Shown: one piece after another, positions 11,082 through 22,961 of the stretch
How positions within the stretch are numbered: position 1 is the first letter of the stretch
Layout: each line of letters opens with the position of its first letter
Assembly: GCA_030167865.1 (NCBI GenBank)
Contig: JALAGF010004489.1
Span: 1 to 43,671, forward strand
Origin: Craspedostauros australis
Lineage: Eukaryota
Length of the DNA: 43,671 nt
Direction of reading: 5' to 3'
Made by a program: the position numbers and the translations under genes
The notes under the pieces: model-generated
What the model was told of the DNA's origin: nothing
Seen by the model: the letters and a program-made list of their open reading frames with translations, nothing else
Database searches by the model: none

Positions 11082-14000
11082 ATGGACTTCCGCAGCGCGA
11101 TCATCAGGGATCCGGGGGGATCCCACGGTGGAGGGCACCCTCATCCGCACGAGCAGCACGAAGCTGCGATTGCGACCAAGACGGCCCCAGCCGGTCGTGA
11201 TGAAATGCGCGTGTCCGATCACGAGGAATTCGGTGGAATACCATCCATCGTCAACGTCAAAACCCTGGCGCCATCCGATTCTGCACTACACGCGGCGGCG
11301 CCTAACGCGGCTGTCGCGACGGCAGCCCAGCCACCACCATCGTTCGCTGCCACGATGCAGGACGATGGCAGAGCGAGGGAGCGCCGGAAACCAAAGCCCA
11401 AACAGGCGCATCGAAAGCACCACCACAACACTCTAGGTATCGTCCTAGATGATAGCCTGTTAGACCTTCGTGGCTTTGACTCGCCATCATCCTCATCGAG
11501 CGATTCGTTGTCGTCGTCCTCTTCATCGACGTCATCGTCGGCGGACGCGACTTCCATCTCGTCCATCTCATCGTATCGCAGCCTGTGTGCGCCATCTTCC
11601 GAGCCATCGTCCCGAAACCGAACCGACTCTCTTCGAGGCACCATGAACGCACTACCATCCAAAGATATGCACTACTTGAACTCGGCCTGCGGAACCTACG
11701 CATCGCAAGAGTACCACGAACTGCACGGCGTCTATGGTGGTATCTACCACCCCTCCAAGGAGGAGGACGACATTGTTGTTGTTGAAAATGCGGACAAGGA
11801 AGGCAATGGCTCCTCCGCAGCCAAGCACCTCCAACGCGCAGCCGATGACAAGGCAGACCACGACGGTTGCTGTTGGCGATGGAAGATCGCCTGCCTGCCC
11901 AACCTCAGCGAGGATCTCCTGCCTTCCCTCGCGCCGTGCGCCTTGTCCATCCCGCCCACCCTCACCCCGGCCACCGTCTTGAACCGGATCTGCACCTTCT
12001 GCAAGGTCCATTCGATGACGTGCCTTGCGGCGTCGACGTCGGGAAGGCTGGATGCCTACACCCACTGCGGCAAGCTCAAGCTCCGACTTCAATTGTGGAA
12101 GTGGAGCGAGCCGACATGGGAGGGATGCATCGCGAACAGGTGCTTCGTTGGCACTGAGAGCGGGGAGATCAGCCGGTCCCCTGCCAACGCTGACGCGGGC
12201 AGACATAATCTCGGTGCAGGCAACTCCACGCAACTGGAAGCCACTCAGTGCAATGCCAACGGCGCGAACAGGACAGTCATGCTGCTGGAGCTGCAGCGCC
12301 GTCAGGGCTGCTGCATCGTCATGAAGATGTTCCGCAAGGATTTATACCATGCCATCCTCACTGGTGAGAATCTCACCGTGAAGCCGCAACTCGAGGGCGA
12401 CGAGATGCGATCGAACTCGAACCCTTGCAGGTTCTTCAGCGTGCCCGATTCCATTCGGAAACAGTTCTCCATCTCTGCGATGTCGCAGCAAGGTTCAAGC
12501 GCAGGCATCAAGCCGCAGTACAGCTGCGGATCGCTTTCGAAGCTCCCAACGCACGCACATCCGCGCCCGCCCCAAAAGTCGCCATTGCACCACGCCCGCC
12601 GGCAGCATGCTGGAGGTACGGTCGTCAAGCGCGATGGACATGCGGAGAAGGACTCGGGTGAGACTGTCGGCACCTACACGAGCGTTACCAGTGCCTCCGG
12701 CTCCTCCTACAACAACACCACCGTTGGTACAAGCACGAACGCGAACCTCAGCGCGGACGTCAACGTGCGAAGTATCCGATCAGCCGCAACCGGCGGCGTG
12801 ACACTTTCGGTTGCCACTGGCAGTTCTCTCCATCGTCCCAACCACAGCCAGCGTCTTGACGGCGATGTTGGCCTTGGTGGTGCGGCGGACGACATGAGGA
12901 ATGAAGCAAGCGACGATGTCCAGCCAACCACAAGCTCCAGTGCCAACGAATTCTCCGCTTGCCTGATGAAGTGCTTGGAACTGCTGGAAAGCGAGCACGT
13001 CGACCAGAACCACCTTGGGATGGAGTTCTTGTCATCATGCACGATCCCGGAAAGCCCTGCACAAGATGCAGAAGCTGCTTCGCCGTTATCGCCAGACCTT
13101 ACAACACTCCCACAACAAAGTCAGCAGCATGAGCAACAGCACCAGAAGTGCGATGCCATGCCACAGCAGATTGCAAAAATGCTACTGAACAAGCCTTCCG
13201 ATGGCGAACAGGTCGATGCGCTGGCGACGCGTCTTCAACTTGCGGTCTTCGCCTTCTTATCTATCAACGACGATATCGATGATGCCCTGCGTCCCACCAT
13301 GATGTCAACACCATCAAAGACGCGAGGCGGTCACAGTAGCAGCAGCAACAACAGCAGCGGCAGCGGCAACAACAAGAACGACAGGGTACCTGGTCAATGC
13401 TTCAGCGGAATCGTTCCTCGCACGGCATCTTCGGGATCCCTCGATGGTCTTTGGGGCGGGCCTTCACACCAAAACCTCGACCGTAGCTCGGACCCAACGC
13501 TGAGCGATCACAAGAGCCTGGACGAGAGCTTGGGCGACGACGCCAACTGCTGCTCCTTCAACCCAGGGAAGCGCGGGCTTGCATGCCACGGATTGCTGGA
13601 GGCTACGCAAGTGCTGGCGTGGATCGTGCTCACGAACTGTTTGTGCATTCTGGGAACGTCATGCGGCTCTGGATTTGCAGGCAACTCATGTCCCTCCAGC
13701 GTGCCAGCGCAAGGCAAGGATGGTCTGGTAGGCCGTTCCTCCATCCATGGCGATACCGGATACTCATGCGCAACCAGCAACGACGTGGACAACAAGAACA
13801 CCGGCTCCGGCAGTGGCGACAACAGCAACGGCAACAGTGATGGTGGACTGAACGAGCAGGGCGACGCTACGTTGAGCACAGACAAGATCCTCGTGGACGA
13901 CTCACAACAACGCGAACTGTGGGGATGCGTGCTGCACGCCATGCTGCGATCCATCCAGCATGCCAACCAAAGACCTCGCACAGCGGCACTCGCGATCCAG

Positions 14001-14168
14001 AGCCTGAGGTGGATGGCGCGCATTTGTCCGGAATCCATGAACCCCATGATCCAAGACGAGACGATCCACGTAGCTCTTCTGCTGCCCGCTTACGAGTACG
14101 GCAAAACGCATCACGCAGAATTGGAGGAACAGGCCAGCAAGCTCCTGGCAGAGATCAAGAAGGATTGA
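11082..14168 (+). CDS. Hypothetical protein (~1028 aa) with a KA1-like domain and C-terminal helical/ARM-like region; paralog of 19177-20802
   Basis: Long ORF, first ATG at 11082; motif LRLQLW...LLELQRRQGCC...RKDLYHAIL shared with the downstream paralog; long Ser/Gly-rich insertions. Confidence 0.8.
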   Translation: MDFRSAIIRDPGGSHGGGHPHPHEQHEAAIATKTAPAGRDEMRVSDHEEFGGIPSIVNVKTLAPSDSALHAAAPNAAVATAAQPPPSFAATMQDDGRARERRKPKPKQAHRKHHHNTLGIVLDDSLLDLRGFDSPSSSSSDSLSSSSSSTSSSADATSISSISSYRSLCAPSSEPSSRNRTDSLRGTMNALPSKDMHYLNSACGTYASQEYHELHGVYGGIYHPSKEEDDIVVVENADKEGNGSSAAKHLQRAADDKADHDGCCWRWKIACLPNLSEDLLPSLAPCALSIPPTLTPATVLNRICTFCKVHSMTCLAASTSGRLDAYTHCGKLKLRLQLWKWSEPTWEGCIANRCFVGTESGEISRSPANADAGRHNLGAGNSTQLEATQCNANGANRTVMLLELQRRQGCCIVMKMFRKDLYHAILTGENLTVKPQLEGDEMRSNSNPCRFFSVPDSIRKQFSISAMSQQGSSAGIKPQYSCGSLSKLPTHAHPRPPQKSPLHHARRQHAGGTVVKRDGHAEKDSGETVGTYTSVTSASGSSYNNTTVGTSTNANLSADVNVRSIRSAATGGVTLSVATGSSLHRPNHSQRLDGDVGLGGAADDMRNEASDDVQPTTSSSANEFSACLMKCLELLESEHVDQNHLGMEFLSSCTIPESPAQDAEAASPLSPDLTTLPQQSQQHEQQHQKCDAMPQQIAKMLLNKPSDGEQVDALATRLQLAVFAFLSINDDIDDALRPTMMSTPSKTRGGHSSSSNNSSGSGNNKNDRVPGQCFSGIVPRTASSGSLDGLWGGPSHQNLDRSSDPTLSDHKSLDESLGDDANCCSFNPGKRGLACHGLLEATQVLAWIVLTNCLCILGTSCGSGFAGNSCPSSVPAQGKDGLVGRSSIHGDTGYSCATSNDVDNKNTGSGSGDNSNGNSDGGLNEQGDATLSTDKILVDDSQQRELWGCVLHAMLRSIQHANQRPRTAALAIQSLRWMARICPESMNPMIQDETIHVALLLPAYEYGKTHHAELEEQASKLLAEIKKD

Positions 14169-15440
14169 AACGTCCGCCTGTGTGGAGCGCAGTACCGTGC
14201 TTACGCTCCTAACACACGACAACGCAGATGACAAGGTCGTGATGATCATCACCCGCGAGGGCCAGCGCTCCGAGGGGCGCTTTACCGCTCAGATCGAGGA
14301 TGAATGCTGCGGAACGGACGGTGGAGGCGGAATGGCAACGATGTTGCTTGTGCGCCATACGAGAGTCCAACCACAACGGAAGAGTTGCCTGCGAGGTAGC
14401 GACGGCTGCGCCAGATGGACGAGCTATTGGTGCGAGCGCCCGCGCAGTGCTGGGATGCACAGCATCGAGCATCCGCCTGATTGTGTACAGGCTAGCAAAC
14501 GAATCTAGACATAAGAATGATGGCTTTTCTGAGTTCTATCCAACAATCCAACCTGGAGGATCCATTGTGATCCAAGGGCTTCCTTGAAGTTCTTCGCCGA
14601 AACCAGCGATGCCACCCACAACAATGAGAACACGTCACGATTGTCCGCGACGTGTTACGAAGAAAACAGCACATGGTTGATTCTGACGGAGATTTGTTGA
14701 TCAGTCGTGAACACGAGTGTTGATGCATTTCTCCGAAATCGTGGACCAGGCAATAATCTGCCACGTCCAGGCCGAAAATGCGCAAGCCGGATCGCTCGCA
14801 CCAGTTTTCAATACACGGACAAGGTTGAAGTGCGTCCGGATGACGGATGGCAAGCGTTTCATGTGTTAAGTGTGAAAACACAATGACATTTTATTCATGT
14901 CACAAAGACAAGAATGGAGATGCGTGTCCCGGATTTCTGTGTTTCGGATCGTATTTCATCGTTCCGCGATGCAAACCTGCGCAAGTCGGCGGCCTTTGGG
15001 GCAGATGGGAGACGAATGAGGAGATCGGAACAGTCAGGGGAGGAAGAGTTGGTGGCATTGTTGTCGTCATTTCTTTCTGCCGTGGTGCAAACGGAAATGG
15101 AGCAAGACCATTGATGATGATGAGGCAGAGAGTCAAGTGGAGGGAGTCAATGCTCAAAGGAGCGGAGTCAGAGTTATAACTTGGGACGTGGAAGGCAGCT
15201 GCTCTCTCTCTCTCTCTCTCGCTGTAGTAGTCCATCCGAGTTGACATCCTCAAGAGGGTCGTGTCATCTTTTCCACTGACGAGAGTGAACATCGACGTCA
15301 CAAGAGAGAGAGATGCTCTGAGAGATCTTTCTTGCTCTCCATTTCATTCAATTTCATATTCTTGGTGACATACTCTATTCTTCAATCATATAAAACGCTA
15401 CATGCTAAAGTCATCACATCGAAGATCAACATAATAGAAG

Positions 15441-17365
15441 ATGGCAACAGCAACAGCGGCAGCAAGGAACGTGCCGTTCCCAGCACCTCGGCGACGCAGC
15501 CTCCGCCCCAACAAGAACAATGTCGACGATGATGAGCAGAGCCTGGATCTTGCCGATCTGATCCAGTCGTCCAAACCACGCGTGCTGCCCCCCAGACGAA
15601 GGGATGCGGAGCCCCGCGTCCCGTTGGCATTGCAGGAGATCTTCGTGAGGGCGCAGCGTGGCGAGGAAGTCGAGGCGCCGCAGAAAAATCTCGGATCGAA
15701 GCTCTTTGTCAGATGCAAGACGTTGTTCGCGCCGCATAATCCGCTGTTGCAGACCATGCCCCCGTCCAAGGCGAAGCGCAAGATCTCCTTCCTGCGACGA
15801 TTCAGCAACAGCACGAAGGTTGGAATGCGCAGACCCGAGACGCCATCGCCGACGCAAAGTACGACGGAGCAGAGCGAGACGTTTGCGGAAGAGGCCGAAT
15901 CCGCGTCCATCCGAGCGATCATGGCGCAGAGGCGGTCGTCGCTTTTGGCGGTGAGTTTATTCTTACTTGGACGAGTGTTCTTACTTGGAAGAGTGTTCTT
16001 ACTTGGAGGTTTGTTATGTTGGTGAGGTTGATGTGATCATCCTCGTTCACGCAAGCACTTGCGATGTCCTCCTTGTGGAGATGCCATGGAAGCTGCCACA
16101 ATACAATACCTTTGCTTCAATCAAACACTTGCACTCACCAATGATCCTTGTTCTCTTCTTCACAATTTCCTGCGCAGCAGACTGCCGATAAATCGCATCA
16201 TATCATCGAAGAGGAGCAGGAGGTCATGTCACCACGGCAATTCATGGAGGAAGCTTGGGAAGAACGAGGGTACTACATGTACTCACCCACCAGCAATCCT
16301 GCAAGCCATGCCCCCAATGGAAGCACCAATACCACCCAAACTCAACAAGAGCAGCAACCTCGCGGACGACATGGTGGAAAGCGGACAAAGCGCCACTCCA
16401 ACAGCACGTCATCGAGATCCACTCAGACCACCTCCAGCACATCCGGCACGTTAGATTCAACCAACGCAACTGTTGTTGCGCGATCACCGACAGCCCTGGC
16501 TCGGTTCTTCACTATCGAAACGGGCTACTACAGCCAACCAACGCCATATCAACAGGCCAGCTACGGCCACGCCATGACCCGTGCCATCCGCCGCAACGAT
16601 GTCAATCTCGTGCGGCGATTTTGCGATGCCGGCTTATCTCCCAATCCGTGCAACCGGCATGGCGATTCCGTCGTCCACATGATCTGCCGCCGCAATCAGC
16701 TCGGCATGCTGCGCACGCTGCTGCGGTATGGTTGCCATCTGCAGTGTACCGACGATCTGGGCCGCACGCCGTTGCACGACGCCTGCTGGACGACGCAACC
16801 CAACTGGGAGCTCATCACGCTGTTGCTGCAGGTTGATATTCATGTCCTGCAGGCCATGGATTGTTACGGCAAGACGCCGTTGTGTTACGTGCCCGTAGTG
16901 GCGCATCGCGCATGGAACGCCTATCTGCAATCCAAGCTGGATCTGTTCTGGCCAACCGGTCATGTCCAGGGACCGCCCAAGCTCACCAAGCATCGCCCGC
17001 ATGCCTTTCCCATCGCGGATCCTTCGAACGCCGTGCCGTTGAACGTCGCGGCCTTCATCGCCAATGGCCAGATCGCCCCGGAAGATGCGAGTCTCTGCAT
17101 CCACGAAGATGGTGCTGGCGTGCATGGTGTTGTAGCTGGCGGTGCCAACCATGACGATCTCAATCACAATGGGAGGCACGATGATGATTCGTCCATATGC
17201 ACGGACAACTATGATGATGACGACGACGACATTGAGACGGATTCGGACATTGACTATGAAAGCGATGACTCCGACTTCCACCGGGAAGGTGACAATTTCA
17301 TCATCTCATTGCACGGCAACCGAAATGCCTTCTCCGCGATGATGCCATCCGCTGTTAATGTCTAG
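15441..17365 (+). CDS. Ankyrin-repeat protein (~565 aa), two exons 15441-15950 and 16178(or 16181)-17365
   Basis: GCG|GTGAGT donor at 15951 and pyrimidine tract + CAGCAG acceptor, both phase 0; ANK motifs NPCNRHGDSVVHMICRRN, DDLGRTPLHDACW, DCYGKTPLCY; acidic tail. Ankyrin exon is secure, exon 1 join is inferred. Confidence 0.8.
15958..16008. repeat. 18-bp tandem repeat x3 (core TTCTTACTTGGA) inside the predicted intron
   Basis: ttcttacttggacgagtg ttcttacttggaagagtg ttcttacttgga. Confidence 0.85.
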
Positions 17366-17371
17366 AGCTCA

Positions 17372-17395
17372 AGAGAGAGAGAGAGAGAGAGAGAG
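17372..17395. repeat. (AG)n microsatellite just after the ankyrin stop; similar CT/AG tracts at ~15202, 24083, 24220, 24603, 24841, 34209
   Basis: Visible dinucleotide runs. Confidence 0.85.
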
Positions 17396-19176
17396 TGGCA
17401 CCGCGCATTTCTGGAACTGCATGTGCATTCACGGCAGGGCAGTATTCTATTTTTGCAAGAATAGCCTCCGAATCCAAGATCCTCAGAAGAGGAGAGCGAA
17501 TGAATTGCATCCGGCTCTTCTGACTGGTGGAGGCACTCCAGCACACCCCAGAACAATCTCCACCAACACAACATCGCAGAACGATCGTATCATCAACAAT
17601 ATTATATTCTAGAATACGATCTATTGTAGTCATAATCATAGAGAGAGACAACACGTGTACTCGTATGTTTGCGTTGCGTCCCATGGCATGATTATGTGGC
17701 TCGCATGAAGGATAGCGTTGCACGACCACGAGTAAGAAGATAGAAGACCTCGCGCAAGAAAGGCACGGCATCAACACGGAGGAAGGTCGTCTTCCACCAT
17801 TGGCAAACATGGGATCTACACTTATCACGCGAGCTATGAGCTGCCATGCCATAGCATGCCATCCTCTACCACAAAAAACACCACTGAATTTCAACTGCCT
17901 CCTTGTCATTCCCTCACCACCCTCATGCCTCCTCTCACCTCAACTCGACTCCCCTTCGCTCCGATTCCGACAATCGAACATCCACGCAAGACGGACGAAG
18001 AATCGGAACAGGATCCGGACATCTTCGTTGACAGCTGCGTTCTGGACACCTTTCTGCTTCGGTTTCATCAACACGGGTGACATGCGCAAGTCGAAGTGCC
18101 TTGTCGAAAGATACGGGTACGAACACGACTACTTTGCGGGAGTAAACACGATTGAGAAGCCAACACGAAACGTCTTCGCTGCCTTGTAGATACCCTCTAG
18201 TTGGTATTTACTGTAGTACCAAACGAATAGACAAGTGTCTCGTTTACGGTTTTGATGTACTTTCAGTCTTGCGGGTACGAGCTGCAAGGTTTTTTCTATC
18301 CCAAGGAACAACATCGAACAGGATCCTTCGAAAGTGATCGTCGAAAAGTGCGACACGGCTGCGACATGCTTGAGCATTCTTCTCATGGAATGGCCCAGAA
18401 TTGTGCTGACGCCGGTACAAGGTCTACGAAGCTGCACGAATGGACCAGAAGACTGCACGAAATGGACGTGTCAATTCTCGCTGTGCAGTCACATCCGAAC
18501 GCGCGATTGGGCCAACCAAGCCGAAAACAGACAGATCGCTTCTTTCTTCGTCATCTTGGTTCCCACAGGACGGAGAAAAGCGGCACGCAATCGTCGGCGC
18601 TGTTGGTGTTTGGCCGGTTCAGCCGTGCGATGTGTCGGTGTTCGTGCACCACGTGCTGGTTTGTGCGTTATGCGGCGTTGCGGTTCCTCCTCTGTTTTGT
18701 GTGCGTTCTACCTCATGTATGTTTTTGTGCGCGTCTGCGCGTGTGAGAGTTTTGCTCGTATTCTTGCCCTTCGTGTGTTTGTGCGCTACGAGTTGCACAA
18801 CGCGATTTATCGTGTTACAGCTGGCGGCCACCTCAAGCCTTTGCACACAAACAAAACAGCGCAACAAAAAACAACACCAACAACCACATCCAACGAGAAG
18901 TCGACGGACGATCCCCTAAGAGAGACAGCCCCAAACAGCATCCCTTCCCAGTAGACTTGTAGCTTTGCGTCAACAGAGCATTACAGGTCGCATACAAACC
19001 CCCCACACACAGCATCACAGCACCACCGACAACAAGCGAGACAGGCAGCGTCCGGATCAGCGACAGCGTTCATGACACAAACAACAACCTTCACAAACTT
19101 CCAGAAGCAATAGAATACGAACAACAACAACAAGCAACGCAACAACCCAACACAAGCAGACACAGACACAGACACC

Positions 19177-20802
19177 ATGCAGAAGAACAACGCAAACAAC
19201 GATAACAGCAACAGCAACGACAATGGAGTCCCATCCATGCCGCGACCGCAGCGCATGGGAGCCGCACGTGCGGCCGCTCCTAGTCCGGAACCGTACGGAG
19301 GTTCGCTCTTCAGATCCGTCAGCATGGCCGTTCCAAGCCACTCCACGACTCTCGGCGGTCCCATGCTCCGCGGCATCCCAGACCAGTCCAAGAGCAGCCC
19401 AAGCACGCTCCAGACAGCCGGATCGGACAACGCAGCCTTCAAGGCCCCACCCATGCCGCTGAAGATCAGACCAGCCGCGAAACTCGGAGCTTCTCGTGGA
19501 GTCGGAAACCCCATTACTCCCGCGAAACTCGTGACTCAATCGACTCCGTACGAATGGAAGGTGGACACGGTGCCACCATCAATCCCGATGTACCACCCCG
19601 TCGATCTCCGCACCAGCCTGCAGCTCGTCAACGGCGCAGCAACCCTCGAGGCCGTCCACGAGACCACCTGCCGCCTGAGCAAGTTCATGCACCAGCACTC
19701 CATCCACAGCCAGTACAGCTCTAAGGACAACAACGAGAATCCGTTCGAAGATGATCTCGTTCGTGTGACATGCGTGACTCCCAACATGAACCATTTCTGC
19801 ATCCAGCTGTGGACCCTCCCAGAGGAGCCATCCACGCTCATCATCGAGATGCAGAGACGTCAGGGATGCTGCATGGAGCACCAGCGCATCCGCAAGGCTC
19901 TCTACCGTCTCCTGAAGAACGAGGACGGCGACGCCACCGACTCTTCCTCCGAGGCAGGCACAACCGCCTCCACCGGGAACAAGGCCGACGCCCTCCTCAA
20001 CAAGGTCTGCGACAACGCCGTCAAGACCGCAAGGACCCTTCCGGGAAAGCTCCCACCACCGCTCCCACGCGGCTTCGCGTTCGGCAAGGCCGTGCCACCG
20101 GTTCCGAAGGGAATGAGCTTCGCAGGCATGAAGCCAGGCAAGCAAACCGAAGAGCAGGAACATTTGCACGCCATCGACATGTGCCGCAACTTGCTCACGG
20201 CCCACAACCGCAGGGATCAGCACGAGCTGGGACTCGATTCCTTGGTCGGCATCTGCGACTCCCACAAGGTCTCCGCAAAGCTCGCAGAGCGCGCCAGCAA
20301 GACCGTCGTCTGCCCAGGTACCAACGACTGCGCCATTCAAGACGCCGTCCTCCAGTACTGCCGCGACAACCAGCGCCCAGGGGACTCCGCCGATGGTGGA
20401 GAGACCAAGGAGGACATCGACAGCGACGAGATGGGCTGGTACGGTGGCTACGCCGAAGGCCGCCACTACCGCACCATGCACGTCCTTGCGCTGCGCATCA
20501 TCAGCCAGTCCCTCCAGCTCGCAACCGAGGGCGACCTCGATGCCACCTTCCTCTCCGACGTCACCAGCTGCTGCACCTACAACCTCCAGGTCGCCCAGCA
20601 CCGTCCGTTGGAGGCCGAGCTCTCCGCACGCTGCCTGCGCATCCTCATCGAGCGCTGCAGCGGTGCATCCCAGGCCACCTCTCTCGCCACCCCACCACCC
20701 TCCTGCGTCATGGACGCCCAAGTCCACGGCCAGGTCTACCACGCCGGTCTTCACCGCGAGTGCGGCATGCTCTTGCAGCTCCAGGAACAGCTTCAGCATT
20801 GA
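19177..20802 (+). CDS. Hypothetical protein, 541 aa, KA1-like domain plus helical C-terminus; paralog of 11082-14168
   Basis: Single ORF with strong codon bias; FCIQLW...IIEMQRRQGCC...RKALYRLL, DQHELGLDSL, AQHRPLEAELSARCL, HGQVYHAGLHREC. Confidence 0.85.
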   Translation: MQKNNANNDNSNSNDNGVPSMPRPQRMGAARAAAPSPEPYGGSLFRSVSMAVPSHSTTLGGPMLRGIPDQSKSSPSTLQTAGSDNAAFKAPPMPLKIRPAAKLGASRGVGNPITPAKLVTQSTPYEWKVDTVPPSIPMYHPVDLRTSLQLVNGAATLEAVHETTCRLSKFMHQHSIHSQYSSKDNNENPFEDDLVRVTCVTPNMNHFCIQLWTLPEEPSTLIIEMQRRQGCCMEHQRIRKALYRLLKNEDGDATDSSSEAGTTASTGNKADALLNKVCDNAVKTARTLPGKLPPPLPRGFAFGKAVPPVPKGMSFAGMKPGKQTEEQEHLHAIDMCRNLLTAHNRRDQHELGLDSLVGICDSHKVSAKLAERASKTVVCPGTNDCAIQDAVLQYCRDNQRPGDSADGGETKEDIDSDEMGWYGGYAEGRHYRTMHVLALRIISQSLQLATEGDLDATFLSDVTSCCTYNLQVAQHRPLEAELSARCLRILIERCSGASQATSLATPPPSCVMDAQVHGQVYHAGLHRECGMLLQLQEQLQH

Positions 20803-21641
20803 GCAACACTGGGTCATTCAATGTCGTGTTGTCACACCCAGCACTCGAAGGCACTAGTGCATCAGCGACTGCTACAATCATACTGGTACCAATACACCGA
20901 GGTCTGATTTTGGACAGCAAGAACATGAGGGAAATAGTTCCGTGCTTGCGAAGCCGTGGCGGCGATCGTGAAGCCGTCGCGCTCCGCAGCATGGTCATTA
21001 AATTTTAGCTGATATACTAGAATACTATTAGTGTACATACTCTATTCTCCATCCACTGACTAAGGAATGGGATGGAATGGTGGAACACAGCATCCTGTGG
21101 TCTTCGTTGGGTCTCTCATCGCATCGTGGGTTGAGACGAGGGAGGGACAAGCAGAGACTCTCCCTTCCGCTTCGTCAGCCAACTCACAACACTGATTGGA
21201 GAAGCACACCTGTGTATGTGAATGCAGAATAATTGGTGCGCGTGCGACCTACCGATGATACCCCATCTTGTGTGTGTGAGTGAGTGGGGTGGGTGTTCTC
21301 GAAGCGCACCCTTCTCACAAAGCAGTCAAAACACGGGCGCAGGCACAACCACCACAAGGCGATCTTTCGAAGTCTCCCAACATGACACTTCACGATCCAT
21401 CAACATTAGAGTTCTGTTTGTTGCGCACAAACTTTCAACGAATGGATCGCAAACTGAAGGTGGCCACGATGATACATGACTTTGCTGCGTTCATGTGTCA
21501 CCTCGAGTCCAAGCCATTCAGCCAACAATCCGTCTAGAGCGCGACGTTATATCAACACCGATTCATGTGACAGCGCAACCAAGCACAGCACTCTGCACTG
21601 GACATCACAGCCGTCCATCACGCTGGCGCGCACACAGCAAG

Positions 21642-22961
21642 ATGACAAGTGTGCGTGGCGATGGATCCAAACCAGCATCGATGGCGTCGAACATCGACCG
21701 GTGTGCCTGGCACGGCTTCCTCCACAGCGGATGCACGTGGGATGACTTTGTGGCATGCCATCCAACCTCGGTGCACATCTGTCACGCCATCTTCATCCTT
21801 CGCAGACCAGCCCATGAGATCGGGAGCGTCCGGCACGACGTTGCCGTCCAGTTGGGATGTGACGTCTTCGTTGGGGTGGTTCCACCGCAACAGGATGGAG
21901 GGCATGTCATCGATACTGGCGATCACAATCATGAACAGTGCAGCAGCAGAAACAGCGGCGGTAACGTTCTCCAAGATGACGACCTGGCAGATCTCATCCA
22001 GCAAGTTGTCAGCTTGTACTGCGCCACGGACCGAACTTCCTATACTCCAAGACAGGATGAAAGCAGCACCAAGCAGATCACCACATCCTGTTCCAAATGG
22101 ATGAAGCCTGTCCTGCGTGGCATGCTGGCAGACAGCAGAGACAACTGCCCCATCCAGGCACTGCACGTGACAGACTGCTCTGACATCGACGCGGACTCGT
22201 CTCGCATGATGGGGCAGATCAACTGCACGTATCTGGAATTGAAGCGATGCTCGTTTGCGGACAGCGATGGCCACATCTTCCTGCGAAGCCTGCAGCAGCG
22301 GTCCAGGATCAACGACGCCAGCATCGACGAAGGTCGCAATCAACCTCTGAGCAAGCTGTGCCTCCACAATACCAACATCGACGCTGCGCACCTCAAGCCA
22401 ACGATGCGGACGCTCACGTCGCTGAAGTCGTTGCACCTATATGGATGCGAAGATGACGACAATACGCACGCATGCAATTGGTTGCAGTGGGTCGACGCCA
22501 TCCGCGCAAGTCCGAGCCTCACATCCGTCTTCATCAACGGCCGATGCCAGGCCAAGACATGGAGCATGTGCTTGCTGGCGCTTCTCAAACTGCGCAACAT
22601 ACAGCGGATTGGCTTCTTCCTGGATTCGACTCCTCCCAACGCGACCGACGCGGCGTCTGGTGCAATCGCGGAAGCATTGCAGAACAATCGGAGACTGCTG
22701 AGCTTTCACTGTTTCGCGTATCCCAACCCGTGGATCTGGCGATGCTTCGATCACACGATGCGCCGCAACAAGGACGCGCAGCTTGCGCATCGATACATGA
22801 ACACTGCGCGTGGATGCGTTCGAACAGGAAAGGAGAAAGCCTTCATGCTGACGTGCCTCATGTCCGACTGTTGCATCGGAAGTTGTCCAGATCGATTGTT
22901 CGCTTTCATCAAAGATCACAATCAGCTGATAGCAGATGAAGTGCGAGGAAGCGCAACATAG
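21642..22961 (+). CDS. Divergent RNI-like leucine-rich-repeat protein of the diatom-expanded type
   Basis: LxxLxL repeats (TYLELKRC, LSKLCLHNTNI, LTSLKSLHLYGC, SLTSVFI), AIAEALQNNRRLLSF, C-terminal PDRLFAFIK cap; start codon uncertain (ORF open from 21495). Confidence 0.7.
   Translation: MTSVRGDGSKPASMASNIDRCAWHGFLHSGCTWDDFVACHPTSVHICHAIFILRRPAHEIGSVRHDVAVQLGCDVFVGVVPPQQDGGHVIDTGDHNHEQCSSRNSGGNVLQDDDLADLIQQVVSLYCATDRTSYTPRQDESSTKQITTSCSKWMKPVLRGMLADSRDNCPIQALHVTDCSDIDADSSRMMGQINCTYLELKRCSFADSDGHIFLRSLQQRSRINDASIDEGRNQPLSKLCLHNTNIDAAHLKPTMRTLTSLKSLHLYGCEDDDNTHACNWLQWVDAIRASPSLTSVFINGRCQAKTWSMCLLALLKLRNIQRIGFFLDSTPPNATDAASGAIAEALQNNRRLLSFHCFAYPNPWIWRCFDHTMRRNKDAQLAHRYMNTARGCVRTGKEKAFMLTCLMSDCCIGSCPDRLFAFIKDHNQLIADEVRGSAT

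Noticed and set aside
17800-18954. Gene or pseudogene between the ankyrin gene and the second KA1-like gene
   Set aside because: Short protein-like fragments in different frames, but no consistent splice model or recognisable domain
19579-21008. Long overlapping ORFs (19579-20817 minus, 19770-21008 plus) and similar ones over 1849-4344, 26383-27297 and 41721-42626
   Set aside because: Shadow ORFs produced by GC-rich codon bias of the real genes; Arg/Pro/Ala-rich or V/G/L-rich with no motifs
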